DNA of 64,000 nt from Cyclobacteriaceae bacterium (GCA_020832305.1 JAFIEV010000042.1:140607-204606), one strand, 5' to 3'. Numbered from the stretch's first letter, positions 9,448 to 20,055 are shown. The notes: generated from the sequence alone by a model not told the origin. A program made the numbers and translations.

Positions 9448-10254
9448 ATGAAAAATTTCAGTTTTCATAAATGGCGAATTCTCATAGCTGACGACAATGA
9501 GATGAATGCATTTTATACGAAAATTGTATTGGAAAAGGCAGGATTCGAAGCTGAAACCGTTAATAACGGTAGTGATGTATTAGACTATTTTCAAAATCAA
9601 TCCTTTGATGCCCTGATGCTTGATTACAAAATGCCTAAACTTAATGGAATTGAAACCGCCAGATTTATTAGAAAAAATTTCACGCCACCAAAATCAGATG
9701 TGCCAATAATATTATTTACAGCCACTAAAGAAAAAAGAAACTGGACCGTCGTCGACCTTGAAAGTATCGATGAAGTTGTTGTAAAACCTTTCGAAACTGA
9801 AGTTTTGCTTGATTTAGTTTCAAGGCTAATCCTCAACAGCAGGCAAAAATCAGGTGAGGTTCTTCTCTCAAGTGAACACCAATATGTCTCAGACAACAAA
9901 ATATTGAGACCTGGCGTGGATTTTGAACATATGGCCAGAATTTGTGACAACGACAATGAGTTCATCAAATCTATGCTGACTAAATTTATTCAAAACACAC
10001 CAGGTGATTTTCAATTATTATATGATCTTTACAAAAGTGAAGATTGGTCAAAAACCGAAGAATTAGCCCATAAAATGAAACCATCTGCTAAATTTATTGG
10101 TGCTCCCGCTCTTGTGGAATTGTTGGGAAATATCGAAGAAACAGCCGTTGATCAAAATAAAGAAGGCCTGATTGAGGATCTCATCGAAAACGGTTCGCTT
10201 ATGGTACAACATTTGTGCAATGTGCTTAAAGAAGAAATGGAAAAGTTAGGTTAA
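9448..10254 (+). CDS. Response regulator receiver domain fused to a C-terminal Hpt phosphotransfer domain
   Basis: The REC domain reads ILIADDNEMN...DALMLDYKMPKLNG...LFTAT...VVKPF. The C-terminal four-helix Hpt motif is EELAHKMKPSAKFIGAPAL. No output domain is present. Confidence 0.8.
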   Translation: MKNFSFHKWRILIADDNEMNAFYTKIVLEKAGFEAETVNNGSDVLDYFQNQSFDALMLDYKMPKLNGIETARFIRKNFTPPKSDVPIILFTATKEKRNWTVVDLESIDEVVVKPFETEVLLDLVSRLILNSRQKSGEVLLSSEHQYVSDNKILRPGVDFEHMARICDNDNEFIKSMLTKFIQNTPGDFQLLYDLYKSEDWSKTEELAHKMKPSAKFIGAPALVELLGNIEETAVDQNKEGLIEDLIENGSLMVQHLCNVLKEEMEKLG

Positions 10255-10276
10255 AAAGCCACATTTGAAATCATTT

Positions 10277-10453
10277 ATGCACAGAAGAAGCTTTCTGACA
10301 ATTATTCTTTTTATTGCCGGCATTGTGGGTTCTTGTGGATCCAAAACGGGCACCATTAAGGTACATCAACCAAAAAAAAGAAGAAGACCTTATGACCCGA
10401 AAAAAAACCGAGACTCTAAACGCGTAAAAGTTGTTAAAATGAAAAATGTCTGA
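10277..10453 (+). CDS. Small basic lipoprotein, hypothetical
   Basis: The ATG at 10277 gives MHRRSFLTIILFIAGIVGSCGS (lipobox with Cys) followed by a Lys/Arg-rich tail. It starts 23 nt after the REC-Hpt stop codon (10252-10254). The track start at 10265 is a TTG. There is no homology support. Confidence 0.4.
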   Translation: MHRRSFLTIILFIAGIVGSCGSKTGTIKVHQPKKRRRPYDPKKNRDSKRVKVVKMKNV

Positions 10454-10468
10454 TTCGGCTTTTACCCG

Positions 10469-11683
10469 CTAATCAAATTCAAAGTCAAAACTCACATCAA
10501 CCAGGGTGAGATTATCATAATAATCATCGAAATACGGATGTGTATCTTTAATAATTTGTCCAACAACCGATAAAAATTTCTGCGGTTCTTCAGCAAAAGG
10601 ACGATGGGCAGATTCCTCAAACCAAACAAGGGTTTTTCCCTCCGGCGCCTCTAATATCTGAAAATATTCAGCGGCAATTTCTGAAGACACAATAAGGTCA
10701 TGCCTGCCCAGGAGGAAGTATACAGGAAGGTTTACTTCTGGTACCTGAGTCTCAAGATCAATTTTCTGCATATCCTTCCAAAGATGCTGACCGGAAAAAT
10801 ATGGTTTCTTCGCAATATTAAAAATATCGAAAAATGAATACTCAGGTGTTTTCACAATTCTGTTGAGTTCACTCTTTCCTCCATATGCCTGTTTAAACCT
10901 GATTTTGTATTCAATACCCCCATACTTATACATCCAATCCCGTACTTTTAAGGCATCGCGTACCTGGTAATCTGTGGTATCGATTTCCAGAAGATCCTTG
11001 AGCATCTTTTTATCATCGTACATCTTTGCATTACGAAGCATGACTTCGTAAGCATTTTTCTCATTTCTTAACGGATTTACCGACTGGCCTGTACCAAAAT
11101 ATGCATAAAGGGTCTCCGGATAAAGAGAGGCATATTTTACACCTATGTTACTACCCCAGCTATGTCCCCACAGATAAATCTTGTCTTGATGGAAATTGTC
11201 AGATATAAAATCGACAACCTCTTTTATGTCCTTTACAAAGCGTGCGGTATTCATAGATTTACGAGAAATACGGGAGCTGAAAGATTTGCCGGTTCCTCGT
11301 TGTTCCCAGTATACAACATTGAATAAATGCTCCAGTTGCAAATAAGGATACTCTTCAGAAATGTCTGGATAAAAAGGGTATCCCGGCCCCCCGTGCAATA
11401 TGAGAAGAAATGGGTTTTTGGTGTTTTGACCCCTGACCAGTAAAGATTGCCTGACTCCACCAATCTCCATTTTGAACAAACGCTGATAACCTTTTTGCAT
11501 GTCTATGTCTCTTCTAAGGGAGGTACAAGAAGACAGGACAAAGAATACCAATAGTAAACTAATCACAGATTTAATTAAGCAATAAAAAAACTTTCTGGCT
11601 GCGATAACTAAGCCAAGGTAACCATCGTTTTGACTCACTCTAAAATTATTGTCGCTTCTCAATTTAAACATTGTTATTTCCAT
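10469..11683 (-). CDS. Alpha/beta hydrolase, S33 prolyl aminopeptidase-like, membrane- or lipid-anchored
   Basis: Contains the HGGPGYP oxyanion motif and the GHSWGS nucleophile elbow, with an N-terminal hydrophobic segment ending in SSC (a possible lipobox). The track start at 11734 is a TTG. ATGs at 11683 or 11671 are more likely, so the start is uncertain. Confidence 0.75.
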   Translation of the reverse strand: MEITMFKLRSDNNFRVSQNDGYLGLVIAARKFFYCLIKSVISLLLVFFVLSSCTSLRRDIDMQKGYQRLFKMEIGGVRQSLLVRGQNTKNPFLLILHGGPGYPFYPDISEEYPYLQLEHLFNVVYWEQRGTGKSFSSRISRKSMNTARFVKDIKEVVDFISDNFHQDKIYLWGHSWGSNIGVKYASLYPETLYAYFGTGQSVNPLRNEKNAYEVMLRNAKMYDDKKMLKDLLEIDTTDYQVRDALKVRDWMYKYGGIEYKIRFKQAYGGKSELNRIVKTPEYSFFDIFNIAKKPYFSGQHLWKDMQKIDLETQVPEVNLPVYFLLGRHDLIVSSEIAAEYFQILEAPEGKTLVWFEESAHRPFAEEPQKFLSVVGQIIKDTHPYFDDYYDNLTLVDVSFDFEFD

Positions 11684-12029
11684 TTTTCGAATTAAATGCC
11701 AATAAATAAAAGTTTTGCATTTATTGCGAATCAATACAAGGATTTACCTTATAAGTGTAATTTTTGGTCGTCATTTGAAAATTATGGCTGAAAAATAAAA
11801 ACTTTATATAAATAATAACAGCTTTCAATTTGTTTTTGTTTTGCAATCACATAAAGGAAATGAAGTGTGTCAATGCTTACACAGATCAGTCCATGTATTT
11901 ACTTAAGGTGCGATTACAATCACCTGTCTTGTTGATTTATTGTACTTTATTATCCTGAATTTACATTAAAGATGTATACTTTTTCAGCAGATCCTGTTTA
12001 TTGCAGGATTGTGGTTTTTCAATACCAGC

Positions 12030-13184
12030 TTAAAAAAGCGATTCAGGCCATTTGTAGCTGCCGGGTTTCAGGGTAAAGTAGACGGGGGATTCAAGTCTCG
12101 TCTTCATTTGAACTACACCTTGCTGCCATTCACTTACAGGTATCATTTCATTAATGCCAAGTATTTTTGCCGCCGCCTGGGCTGTTGCGCCACCCTCAAT
12201 GTACAGATGTTCTACTTTTGTATTATCTAATAAGGTTTTTACTCTCTGTGCAAGTCTCGCTTTAAGGTATTCGGGGGAGTCTTTGCTTAGAGCCGTATCT
12301 GATGTTACTGTGAGTATAAGTTTTTGGTCAATATCAAGAGCTTTCAGTGCCCTTTGCATCCAGAAATTCTCATCGTGGTTTTCTGTATGGGTTAATTCTG
12401 AAAACACTTCATTCATTTCAATTACTTGAACCCCTTCATTTCTCATTTTTTTAATAAAAATTTTACTGTCGAGATGGGTACTACCACAGACCATAAGCCA
12501 TTTTCCATTATTAACAGGCTTTTTTGGCAAAGGGTCAATTACCTTATATCCTTTATGCAGCAGCCAGGCATTAAAAAAGTATCCGCCTCCGGCTGGTAAA
12601 ATCTTCGGGTTTGAAAGGAATGACAAAAAAGTCGGCAAATTATCATCACCCGAGATATCGGGTAACATAAAGCCATCAGACACCCGGATAGTTTCAAAAT
12701 CCCCCGTGTAAATGCTTTCATCATCTGATTTAAGTAATTCTTTTACACGGGATGACCTTGCAGGAAAATCAGGGTCTTGTGAAAAGGAAGTCTCGTGTAG
12801 GGGCCTTTTTTCAATATAAAATATTTCATCTTTTATAATGCGACCGTTGGGAGGATTCACTGGAATACACAAAACCGAGCTATATCCCAGTTCTTGCTGC
12901 ATAGTTTTTAACTCGGCAAATACATGCCCTCTCAATACTGAATCGGTTTTCTTATAAATTGCTCCAAAACCATATAATTTAAGTTTGCCACACAAATTGC
13001 GTGTATATTCTACTGCATTTTCGAGCGGCATTGATCGGGTATCGGTCGACACTATACATATTTCCGCATCAAAAGGAAGAGCTTGAGATGGAACGTCGAA
13101 TGTAAAATGAATTCTCAGACCAAATCTCAGGCAGATGCCTGCTATTTCGGCGGCACCAGTAAGATCGTCTGCAATAACTATCAT
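12030..13184 (-). CDS. Four-carbon acid-sugar kinase family protein (DUF1537)
   Basis: The N-terminus MIVIADDLTGAAEIAG is the hallmark ADD(F/L)TGA motif of DUF1537 kinases. There is a 4-nt overlap with the upstream pdxA-family gene. At 384 aa it is somewhat shorter than typical members. Confidence 0.8.
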   Translation of the reverse strand: MIVIADDLTGAAEIAGICLRFGLRIHFTFDVPSQALPFDAEICIVSTDTRSMPLENAVEYTRNLCGKLKLYGFGAIYKKTDSVLRGHVFAELKTMQQELGYSSVLCIPVNPPNGRIIKDEIFYIEKRPLHETSFSQDPDFPARSSRVKELLKSDDESIYTGDFETIRVSDGFMLPDISGDDNLPTFLSFLSNPKILPAGGGYFFNAWLLHKGYKVIDPLPKKPVNNGKWLMVCGSTHLDSKIFIKKMRNEGVQVIEMNEVFSELTHTENHDENFWMQRALKALDIDQKLILTVTSDTALSKDSPEYLKARLAQRVKTLLDNTKVEHLYIEGGATAQAAAKILGINEMIPVSEWQQGVVQMKTRLESPVYFTLKPGSYKWPESLF

Positions 13185-14215
13185 TTTCTTATTCGGTTTT
13201 GCGCCATTTTTGTAGCATAATCTATAGCCAGCGACATAGCATCTTCTGAGGCAACCCCTTTTCCGGCAATTTCAAAAGCGGTACCATGATCTACTGAAAC
13301 TCTGATTATAGGTAAACCAAGGGTTATATTAACTCCTTTCACACTATCCATTGTCTTGGTTTCATTATTCCATTTAAATCCGATCATCTTAAAAGGTATA
13401 TGTCCCTGATCGTGGTACATAGCGACACAACCATCGTAATATTCCTGTACTGCTTTGGCAAAAAGTGTATCGGGTGGAACCGGACCTTCCGCTAAAATTC
13501 CCTGTTCAACCGCCATTTGAATAGCCGGCTTTATTTCAAGTTCATCTTCATCTCCGAATAAGCCACCATCACCCGCATGCGGATTCAGGCCTGCGACACC
13601 AATCCTGGGATTTTCTATGCCAAAGCCTATACAGGCCTCATTGAGCAGCTGAATGACTTCCAATACCCGCTCTTTTTTTATGAGATCACAAGCTTGTCTT
13701 AAAGATACATGTGTGGTAGCATGGATTACCCGAAGGTTCTTTTCCACCAGCAGCATAGCATATCTTTTGGTTTGTGTGAGATCTGCATAGATTTCTGTAT
13801 GCCCTGCATAATGATGGCCTGCCAGATTTATTGACTCTTTATTGATGGGCGCAGTAACGGTGGCATCAATTTTACGGGCCAATGCAAGTTCTATTACTTT
13901 TGCCACATATTCGAAGGAAGCATTGCCTGCCATAGCCGAAACACGCCCCATTTGCAGATACTCTTGATTGACATTTTCAAGGTCAAATACATCGATTATT
14001 CCATGAGAAAATTCTGCCTGATCAGGTTCCGTGACTCTATTAATTTTCAAAGGACTATTCAGCACATCGATAGCAGCCTGAAGACAAAAAGCATCTCCAC
14101 ATACAAGGGGCCTGCACTTTTGATAAATCTCTGTATCATTAAGGGTCTTTACGATAATTTCCGGCCCGATGCTTGCCGGATCTCCCATACTGATGCCAAT
14201 AATTGGTTTATACAT
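13181..14215 (-). CDS. pdxA: PdxA-family (PdxA2-type) 4-phospho-hydroxyacid dehydrogenase
   Basis: 344-aa ORF with GISMGDPASIGPEI and the metal-binding His-rich segments (AGHTEIY, HVSL, GLNPHAGDGG, YHDQGHIP) typical of PdxA. Pairing with a DUF1537 kinase suggests the catabolic PdxA2 class. Confidence 0.85.
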   Translation of the reverse strand: MYKPIIGISMGDPASIGPEIIVKTLNDTEIYQKCRPLVCGDAFCLQAAIDVLNSPLKINRVTEPDQAEFSHGIIDVFDLENVNQEYLQMGRVSAMAGNASFEYVAKVIELALARKIDATVTAPINKESINLAGHHYAGHTEIYADLTQTKRYAMLLVEKNLRVIHATTHVSLRQACDLIKKERVLEVIQLLNEACIGFGIENPRIGVAGLNPHAGDGGLFGDEDELEIKPAIQMAVEQGILAEGPVPPDTLFAKAVQEYYDGCVAMYHDQGHIPFKMIGFKWNNETKTMDSVKGVNITLGLPIIRVSVDHGTAFEIAGKGVASEDAMSLAIDYATKMAQNRIRK

Positions 14216-14216
14216 A

Positions 14217-15356
14217 TCACATTAAATTCTTATAAATTTGTACAGCGTCTTCATAATTCAGAGGACGAGGATTGTTTTTAAGTAATCGGGTAACTTTCAT
14301 TGCCAATGCTGCCATTTCAGGGATGTCATTTTCCACAATTCCCAGTGCCCCTAAACTTTCTGGAATGCCGCATGCCCGGCATATATTCCTCAACTGATCT
14401 AAACCATGCAGGGCAGTTTCCTTCACATCCTTTCCCTGCTTTGCTCCTAAGGCTAAGGCCAACCGCGCATGTTTGGCCATATCTGCTGACATATTGTATT
14501 GGTAAACTTCAGCAAGTAAAACTGCATTGGCCAATCCATGTGGAATATGATACTTCCCTCCAAGAGGATAACTCAATGCGTGTACAGCTGCTGTATTTAC
14601 CGGTCCCAGGCATATCCCACCCAATAAACTTCCCATAGACAATGCACCACGGGCTTTGACATTTGTGCCATCCTGATAGGCCGCAACAATGTGCTCTGCT
14701 ATCAGCTCAACACCTTTAATGGCATAATGGTCTATGAGTGGATGACTGAATTTATTGGTAAAGGCTTCCATACAATGACTAAGCGCATCAATGCCCGTTT
14801 CTGCGGTAATTTTAGGGGGTAGCTTTACAGTAAGCTCAGGATCGACAAAGGAAGCATCGGGAACTAAAAAAGGGCTTATAATACCTCTTTTTTCCAAACT
14901 TACTTCATCGAGCAAAATAGCATTTGGCGAAACTTCACTGCCTGTTCCTGAAGTGGTTGGCATGCAGACCAATTTCACCGAACGTTGCTTTAGCAGATTT
15001 ATGCCAGTTACATCGCCAATACTTTGTGGGTTGCCAATCATAGCCGCCAGAATCTTTGCCAGGTCGAGTACACTTCCCCCGCCACATCCAACCACACAGT
15101 CAGGACCGAAATCTTTTACAGTTTTAAAGAATTGTTCATATAAGGCAAATGTTGGCTCACCGTGCTCGTATTCAAAGATCTCCATTTCAATACCCATAGG
15201 TTTGCAAATTGAATAATAATCCCGGGCAAGGCTTACCAGTGGACCAGCCACTACAAATGCCACCTTTTTGAATACAGATAAAAATTCTGGCAATTGGCTG
15301 CTACATCCATTTCCAAAGACCAATTTCGCGGGTTGGTGAAGTGTAATTTCTTTCAT
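14217..15356 (-). CDS. Iron-containing (group III) alcohol dehydrogenase
   Basis: 379-aa ORF with the GGGSVLDLAK NAD motif and the metal-binding His cluster HALSYPLGGKYHIPHG. Confidence 0.85.
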   Translation of the reverse strand: MKEITLHQPAKLVFGNGCSSQLPEFLSVFKKVAFVVAGPLVSLARDYYSICKPMGIEMEIFEYEHGEPTFALYEQFFKTVKDFGPDCVVGCGGGSVLDLAKILAAMIGNPQSIGDVTGINLLKQRSVKLVCMPTTSGTGSEVSPNAILLDEVSLEKRGIISPFLVPDASFVDPELTVKLPPKITAETGIDALSHCMEAFTNKFSHPLIDHYAIKGVELIAEHIVAAYQDGTNVKARGALSMGSLLGGICLGPVNTAAVHALSYPLGGKYHIPHGLANAVLLAEVYQYNMSADMAKHARLALALGAKQGKDVKETALHGLDQLRNICRACGIPESLGALGIVENDIPEMAALAMKVTRLLKNNPRPLNYEDAVQIYKNLM

Positions 15357-15365
15357 CTTTAAAAA

Positions 15366-16916
15366 TTATATGCCCTTTTGATTAAGATATCCGTAAATCG
15401 TCAGACTTGGGTCGGTATGCTTAGCCGGAAATATCATACTTACCAAATAACCTACCACAAATACTATAATGTGACTATACACACCCAACATATATTTGTG
15501 ATGCGGAAAATTAAAAGCACCAAAGTCAATTATAAGCCTTTTATCAGCCCCGGAACCTATATAAGTAGTAGAAAGTACTGCATAGGCTGTGAATATCATG
15601 CAGACCACCAGACCCGTATAGAGCCCAGTCTTACTGGCCCTTCGACTGAATAGTCCCAGCAGAAAGATACCCACAATCCCGGCTGAAAAAATAGCATAAA
15701 GTTCAAAAACCACACCCAATACGCCTTCTCCCTTCCAAACTGCATACAAACCGGCAACAAACATAGAAGCCAGCCCAGACAATACCACCAGGATGCGTCC
15801 AACCCTGAGTCTGTCAGCATCAGAGCAATCTGGTCTCATTCTCTGATAATAGTCTTCTACACCCACCGCAGCCAGACAGTTCATATCAGAATCAAGACTG
15901 GAAATGGCCGCTGCTGCGATAGCAGCTACCACAAGCCCTGTCACACCCACCGGCAGACGCGTCATAATGAAATAGGGAAAAGCCGCATCGGCATTGATAT
16001 GATCAGGCAACTGAAAATCAGTGATTCTGTAAAAAACGAAAAGCGCTGATCCGATTAACATAAACAAGGTCCAAACCGGAACACTCATTAAGACACCAAT
16101 GTAGGCGGCCTTTCTGGCCTCCCGGTTGCTTCGCGCAGTAATATAACGTTGAACTATGGTTTGGTCGGTTCCATATTTCTGCAAACTGTAAAAAATGCCA
16201 TTGATAACAAGCACCACAAAGGTAGCTTGTGTAAAATCCCAATCATATGGCCCAAAACCTATTTTACCAAGATCAAATGCTTCTCCTATTACACGTACCG
16301 GCCCTCCTTCAGGCGTAAAAAGTAATATAAATAAACAGAATAAACCACCTCCAATAAGCAGAAATCCTTGAATAACATCCATCCAGATTACTGCTTCAAT
16401 GCCTCCAAGCAGTGTAAGGATAATAATCACTGAGCCCAACACAAATATTAACACAAAAATATCTAGACCCATCATACTACTCAATGCGAGGCAAACGAGG
16501 TATAAAACGGTGCCCATTTTCGAAAAATGGGTTAAGATAAATGCCACTGAACCGTAAATACGGGCAAGAAATCCAAAGCGCTTTTCAAAATATTCATATG
16601 TACTCAGTCGTATGACTTTTCTAAATAAGGGCACTATAAGCCATATGAGGCCAAGGAGTACAATTGGAACCATAAGACCCTGCACCAAAAGCAGCCAGTT
16701 TGATTTATAGGCTGCACTGGGATAGGCCAGAAAAGTAACGCTGCTAATCAAGGTTGCAAAAATCGAAATGCCGATGGCCCATGCCGGTATACTGTTACCC
16801 CCGGAAAAATATTTATCAGAACTACCCTGCCGCTTCGAAAAATAAACCCCCATGTAAACAGTAAGGAATACCGTCCCTGCGATAATTACATAGTCAATCC
16901 AATGTAAATGATTCAT
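15366..16916 (-). CDS. Sodium:solute symporter (SSS) family transporter
   Basis: 516-aa polytopic protein with about 13 TM segments. The N-terminus YFSGGNSIPAWAIGISIFATLISSVTFL is typical of the SSS family. Confidence 0.85.
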   Translation of the reverse strand: MNHLHWIDYVIIAGTVFLTVYMGVYFSKRQGSSDKYFSGGNSIPAWAIGISIFATLISSVTFLAYPSAAYKSNWLLLVQGLMVPIVLLGLIWLIVPLFRKVIRLSTYEYFEKRFGFLARIYGSVAFILTHFSKMGTVLYLVCLALSSMMGLDIFVLIFVLGSVIIILTLLGGIEAVIWMDVIQGFLLIGGGLFCLFILLFTPEGGPVRVIGEAFDLGKIGFGPYDWDFTQATFVVLVINGIFYSLQKYGTDQTIVQRYITARSNREARKAAYIGVLMSVPVWTLFMLIGSALFVFYRITDFQLPDHINADAAFPYFIMTRLPVGVTGLVVAAIAAAAISSLDSDMNCLAAVGVEDYYQRMRPDCSDADRLRVGRILVVLSGLASMFVAGLYAVWKGEGVLGVVFELYAIFSAGIVGIFLLGLFSRRASKTGLYTGLVVCMIFTAYAVLSTTYIGSGADKRLIIDFGAFNFPHHKYMLGVYSHIIVFVVGYLVSMIFPAKHTDPSLTIYGYLNQKGI

Positions 16917-17833
16917 TACTGGAATTTAAAATTTTCAAACCATTTATTGAAGGAATCAACCAACCCTTGACGCTCAGACACAGGCACTTCCTTCAGAGGA
17001 TTTTTCATCCATATATCGCAAAAACCCCTGGAATGCATAAGGCATTTTAAAGCCGCCAGCGATTGGCCGAGACTACGGCTTTTTTGATAAAAAACTGCGA
17101 CTTCATCTGTAAATGATTGCCATTGATTCATCAGGGCAAAATCACCCGTCAGAGACGCTTTATACAAAGCTGCATACATTTCAGGAACCAGGTTACCTGT
17201 GCTGGGCACTATGCCATCTGCACCCCATTGAAGACTTTGACCTCCCATCGCACCCCAACCACAAAAATAGCTGAATCCTTTCTTTGTTTTCGAAAGGTTG
17301 ATACAGGTTTGCAACCTGTCCTCATCTCTTTCAGAATCCTTTAAACCGGCAATATTTTCATGATTCATTAGCTTTTTAATAATGTCAACAGGTATCGACA
17401 TTCCCGTTGTCGCCTTAATATTGTATATCATTAAAGGCAGGGAAAGACTCGAGGCCAAACGATCAAAGAATCCATACATTTCATCGTCACTAAGCGGATA
17501 ATAAAAAGGAAGGGTGGCTACCAAAACATCGGCTCCGGCTTCGGCATATTTTTTTGCCCTTAAGATCAAATCTTCCTCACAATTGCCCGAAAGACCTGTA
17601 TAAATAAATTGATTTTCCCTTTTCACCCCCGAAGCAGCCGATATAAGCATCAGCGATTCCTTCTCACTGAGCGAAGTTGACTCCCCCGTTGTACCAAGTA
17701 ACAATGGCGAAATATCGAAGTCTGAAAAAACAGACATAATTCGCTGTACCGATGACACATCGATTGATTTATCCGAATGTAAAGGACAAACTGCAGGAAC
17801 GACTACTCCCTGAAATTTTTTGGATATCCCCAT
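16916..17833 (-). CDS. Dihydrodipicolinate synthase family (class I aldolase/lyase) protein
   Basis: 305-aa ORF with GTTGES, a PFYY tyrosine and the Schiff-base lysine context AGLKDS. Its stop overlaps the symporter start by 1 nt. Confidence 0.8.
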   Translation of the reverse strand: MGISKKFQGVVVPAVCPLHSDKSIDVSSVQRIMSVFSDFDISPLLLGTTGESTSLSEKESLMLISAASGVKRENQFIYTGLSGNCEEDLILRAKKYAEAGADVLVATLPFYYPLSDDEMYGFFDRLASSLSLPLMIYNIKATTGMSIPVDIIKKLMNHENIAGLKDSERDEDRLQTCINLSKTKKGFSYFCGWGAMGGQSLQWGADGIVPSTGNLVPEMYAALYKASLTGDFALMNQWQSFTDEVAVFYQKSRSLGQSLAALKCLMHSRGFCDIWMKNPLKEVPVSERQGLVDSFNKWFENFKFQ

Positions 17834-18058
17834 ATATTTATTCCCTGAATACCTTAGTTTGATCTAAATGTCCTCAATTTGTCGCTCTTCCATAATCGCA
17901 ACGAAATTGATTAGAAACGTAAAGAAAATAATCTGCGTCCTAATCAATAAATCTTTTCTAATAATTATACCCGATTTCATGATTATGGGCCAATACTCAT
18001 TTCATTGAATTTTTATTAGTAATGAAAAAAAGAGATTACGATGCATCTGCATTGTGCG

Positions 18059-18066
18059 TATATTTG
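18059..18066 (+). promoter_or_regulatory. Candidate -7 promoter box (TATATTTG) upstream of sdhA
   Basis: Matches TAnnTTTG 76 nt upstream of the sdhA ATG. No clean -33 TTTG is present. Confidence 0.3.
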
Positions 18067-18141
18067 TAATCTGGGCACATAGTTTTTGATAAAGACAGTT
18101 CCGTACGTTATATTGGGCATATATTAAATTTAAATCTCATA

Positions 18142-20055
18142 ATGCTTGATGCCCGAATACCTGAAGGACCCCTTGAATTAAAATGGACCCAGTTTAAAGC
18201 AACATGTCTATTGATAAATCCTGCCAACAGGCGAAAACACAAAGTCATAGTGGTTGGTACAGGCCTGGCAGGCGCCTCCTGTGCTGCCAGCCTATCTGAA
18301 CTGGGTTTTCATGTTGAGGTCTTTACATTCCACGATTCAGCACGAAGGGCTCATTCGGTTGCTGCACAAGGTGGTATAAATGCTGCAAAAAATTACAAAA
18401 ATGATGGAGACAGCATCTGGAGGATGTTTTACGATACGGTAAAAGGAGGTGATTTTCGCTCAAGAGAAGCCAATATATACCGCATGGCAGAATGCTCCAT
18501 GGCACTGATAGACCAGGCTGTCGCACAGGGGGTACCATTTGCGCGTGAATACAGTGGTTATTTGAGTAACCGTTCCTTTGGCGGTGTACAGGTAAGCCGA
18601 ACCTTTTATGCCAGAGGTCAGACGGGTCAGCAGCTTTTGCAAGGGGCCTATCAATCATTGATGCGACAACAAAAAATTGGCTCGGTTGTACTTCATACCC
18701 GACATGAAATGATGGACCTCGTAGTATATGACAATAAAGCACGTGGGATTATCAGCCGAAATCTCGACACAGGAGAAATAAAAAGCCACAGCGCTGATGC
18801 CGTAGTGCTGGCAACCGGAGGCTATGGCAAAATTTACTATTTGAGCACCCTCGCCATGAATTGCAATGCTTCTGCTATCTGGCGGGCTCATAAAAAAGGG
18901 GCTTATTTCGCAGCACCGAGCTGGACACAATTTCACCCAACTTCACTGCCACAAATGGGTGATTATCAGTCGAAGCTCACACTGATGTCTGAGTCCCTCC
19001 GAAACGATGGACGCATTTGGGTACCAAAAAAGGCAGGAGACGATCGAAAACCCAATGATATACCGGAGAATGATCGAGATTATTACCTGGAAAGAAAATA
19101 TCCTTCATTCGGAAATCTGGCGCCCCGCGACATTTCATCAAGGGCTGCCATTGAACAAATTAATGCAGGGCACGGAGCCGGGCCTCTAAAAAATGCCGTA
19201 TACCTCGATTTTAAGGAATCAATTGACCGCGAAGGCAAACAGGTTATTGAAAAGCGCTATGGCAATTTGTTTAATATGTATGAAAAAATCACCGGAATCA
19301 ATGCCTATCAGGAGCCTATGCTGATATCTCCGGCCGCACATTTTTCCATGGGCGGACTATGGGTAGATTATGGTCTGATGAGCAATTTGAAAGGATTATT
19401 TGTACTTGGTGAGGCCAATTTTGCTGATCATGGTGCCAACCGACTGGGTGCAAATTCACTTTTGCAGGCATGCGTTGACGGATACTTTATCTCTCACTAT
19501 ACCATAATGGATTACCTTGCGGGTAATGGACTTTCAAAAACTGATGAAAAAGGCCTCAAAGAACAATTTGACAAAGATACCATCAGGGTTAAAGAACGCT
19601 TGCAAAAACTGTTAAGCATTCAGGGGGATAAAACACCGGAAACTTTTCACAAAGAACTTGGCCGTATATTATATAGTAAATGTGGTCTGCTTAGAAATGC
19701 CCATGCCCTTCAAATGGCAAGAGAGGAATTGAAAAATTTACAACAGGAATTTCATCAAAGGCTTTTGGTGGCAGGTGAAGCCCATAGTATTAATTTTGAA
19801 CTTGAAAAGGCTGCACGGGTCGAAGATTATCTGCAATTGGCACCCCTGATTGTAGAAGATGCATTGCAAAGAGAAGAATCATGCGGAGCCCATTTTAGGG
19901 AGGAGTTTCAAACCAAAGAAGGCGAGGCGCTCAGAAATGATAATGATTTTGGATATGTATCGGTTTGGGAAAGTACCGAAAAAGGTGAATTTATCCTCCA
20001 CAAGGAGCACCTTGATTTTAATTATGTTACCGTTAGTGAAAGAAGCTATAAATAA
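18142..20055 (+). CDS. sdhA: Succinate dehydrogenase / fumarate reductase flavoprotein subunit
   Basis: 637-aa ORF with the [13 protein letters not shown] fold, the [13 protein letters not shown] and [11 protein letters not shown] motifs, and a C-terminal [10 protein letters not shown]. It is the B. subtilis/Bacteroides-type long SdhA/FrdA. Confidence 0.9.
   Translation: MLDARIPEGPLELKWTQFKATCLLINPANRRKHKVIVVGTGLAGASCAASLSELGFHVEVFTFHDSARRAHSVAAQGGINAAKNYKNDGDSIWRMFYDTVKGGDFRSREANIYRMAECSMALIDQAVAQGVPFAREYSGYLSNRSFGGVQVSRTFYARGQTGQQLLQGAYQSLMRQQKIGSVVLHTRHEMMDLVVYDNKARGIISRNLDTGEIKSHSADAVVLATGGYGKIYYLSTLAMNCNASAIWRAHKKGAYFAAPSWTQFHPTSLPQMGDYQSKLTLMSESLRNDGRIWVPKKAGDDRKPNDIPENDRDYYLERKYPSFGNLAPRDISSRAAIEQINAGHGAGPLKNAVYLDFKESIDREGKQVIEKRYGNLFNMYEKITGINAYQEPMLISPAAHFSMGGLWVDYGLMSNLKGLFVLGEANFADHGANRLGANSLLQACVDGYFISHYTIMDYLAGNGLSKTDEKGLKEQFDKDTIRVKERLQKLLSIQGDKTPETFHKELGRILYSKCGLLRNAHALQMAREELKNLQQEFHQRLLVAGEAHSINFELEKAARVEDYLQLAPLIVEDALQREESCGAHFREEFQTKEGEALRNDNDFGYVSVWESTEKGEFILHKEHLDFNYVTVSERSYK

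Noticed and set aside
11991-12009. Hairpin ATCCTG-N7-CAGGAT 20 nt downstream of the DUF1537 kinase stop, as a possible terminator.
   Set aside because: On the coding (minus) strand the stem is followed by CTGCTGAAAAAG, not a U-tract, and the stem is only 6 bp. It is not convincing as an intrinsic terminator.
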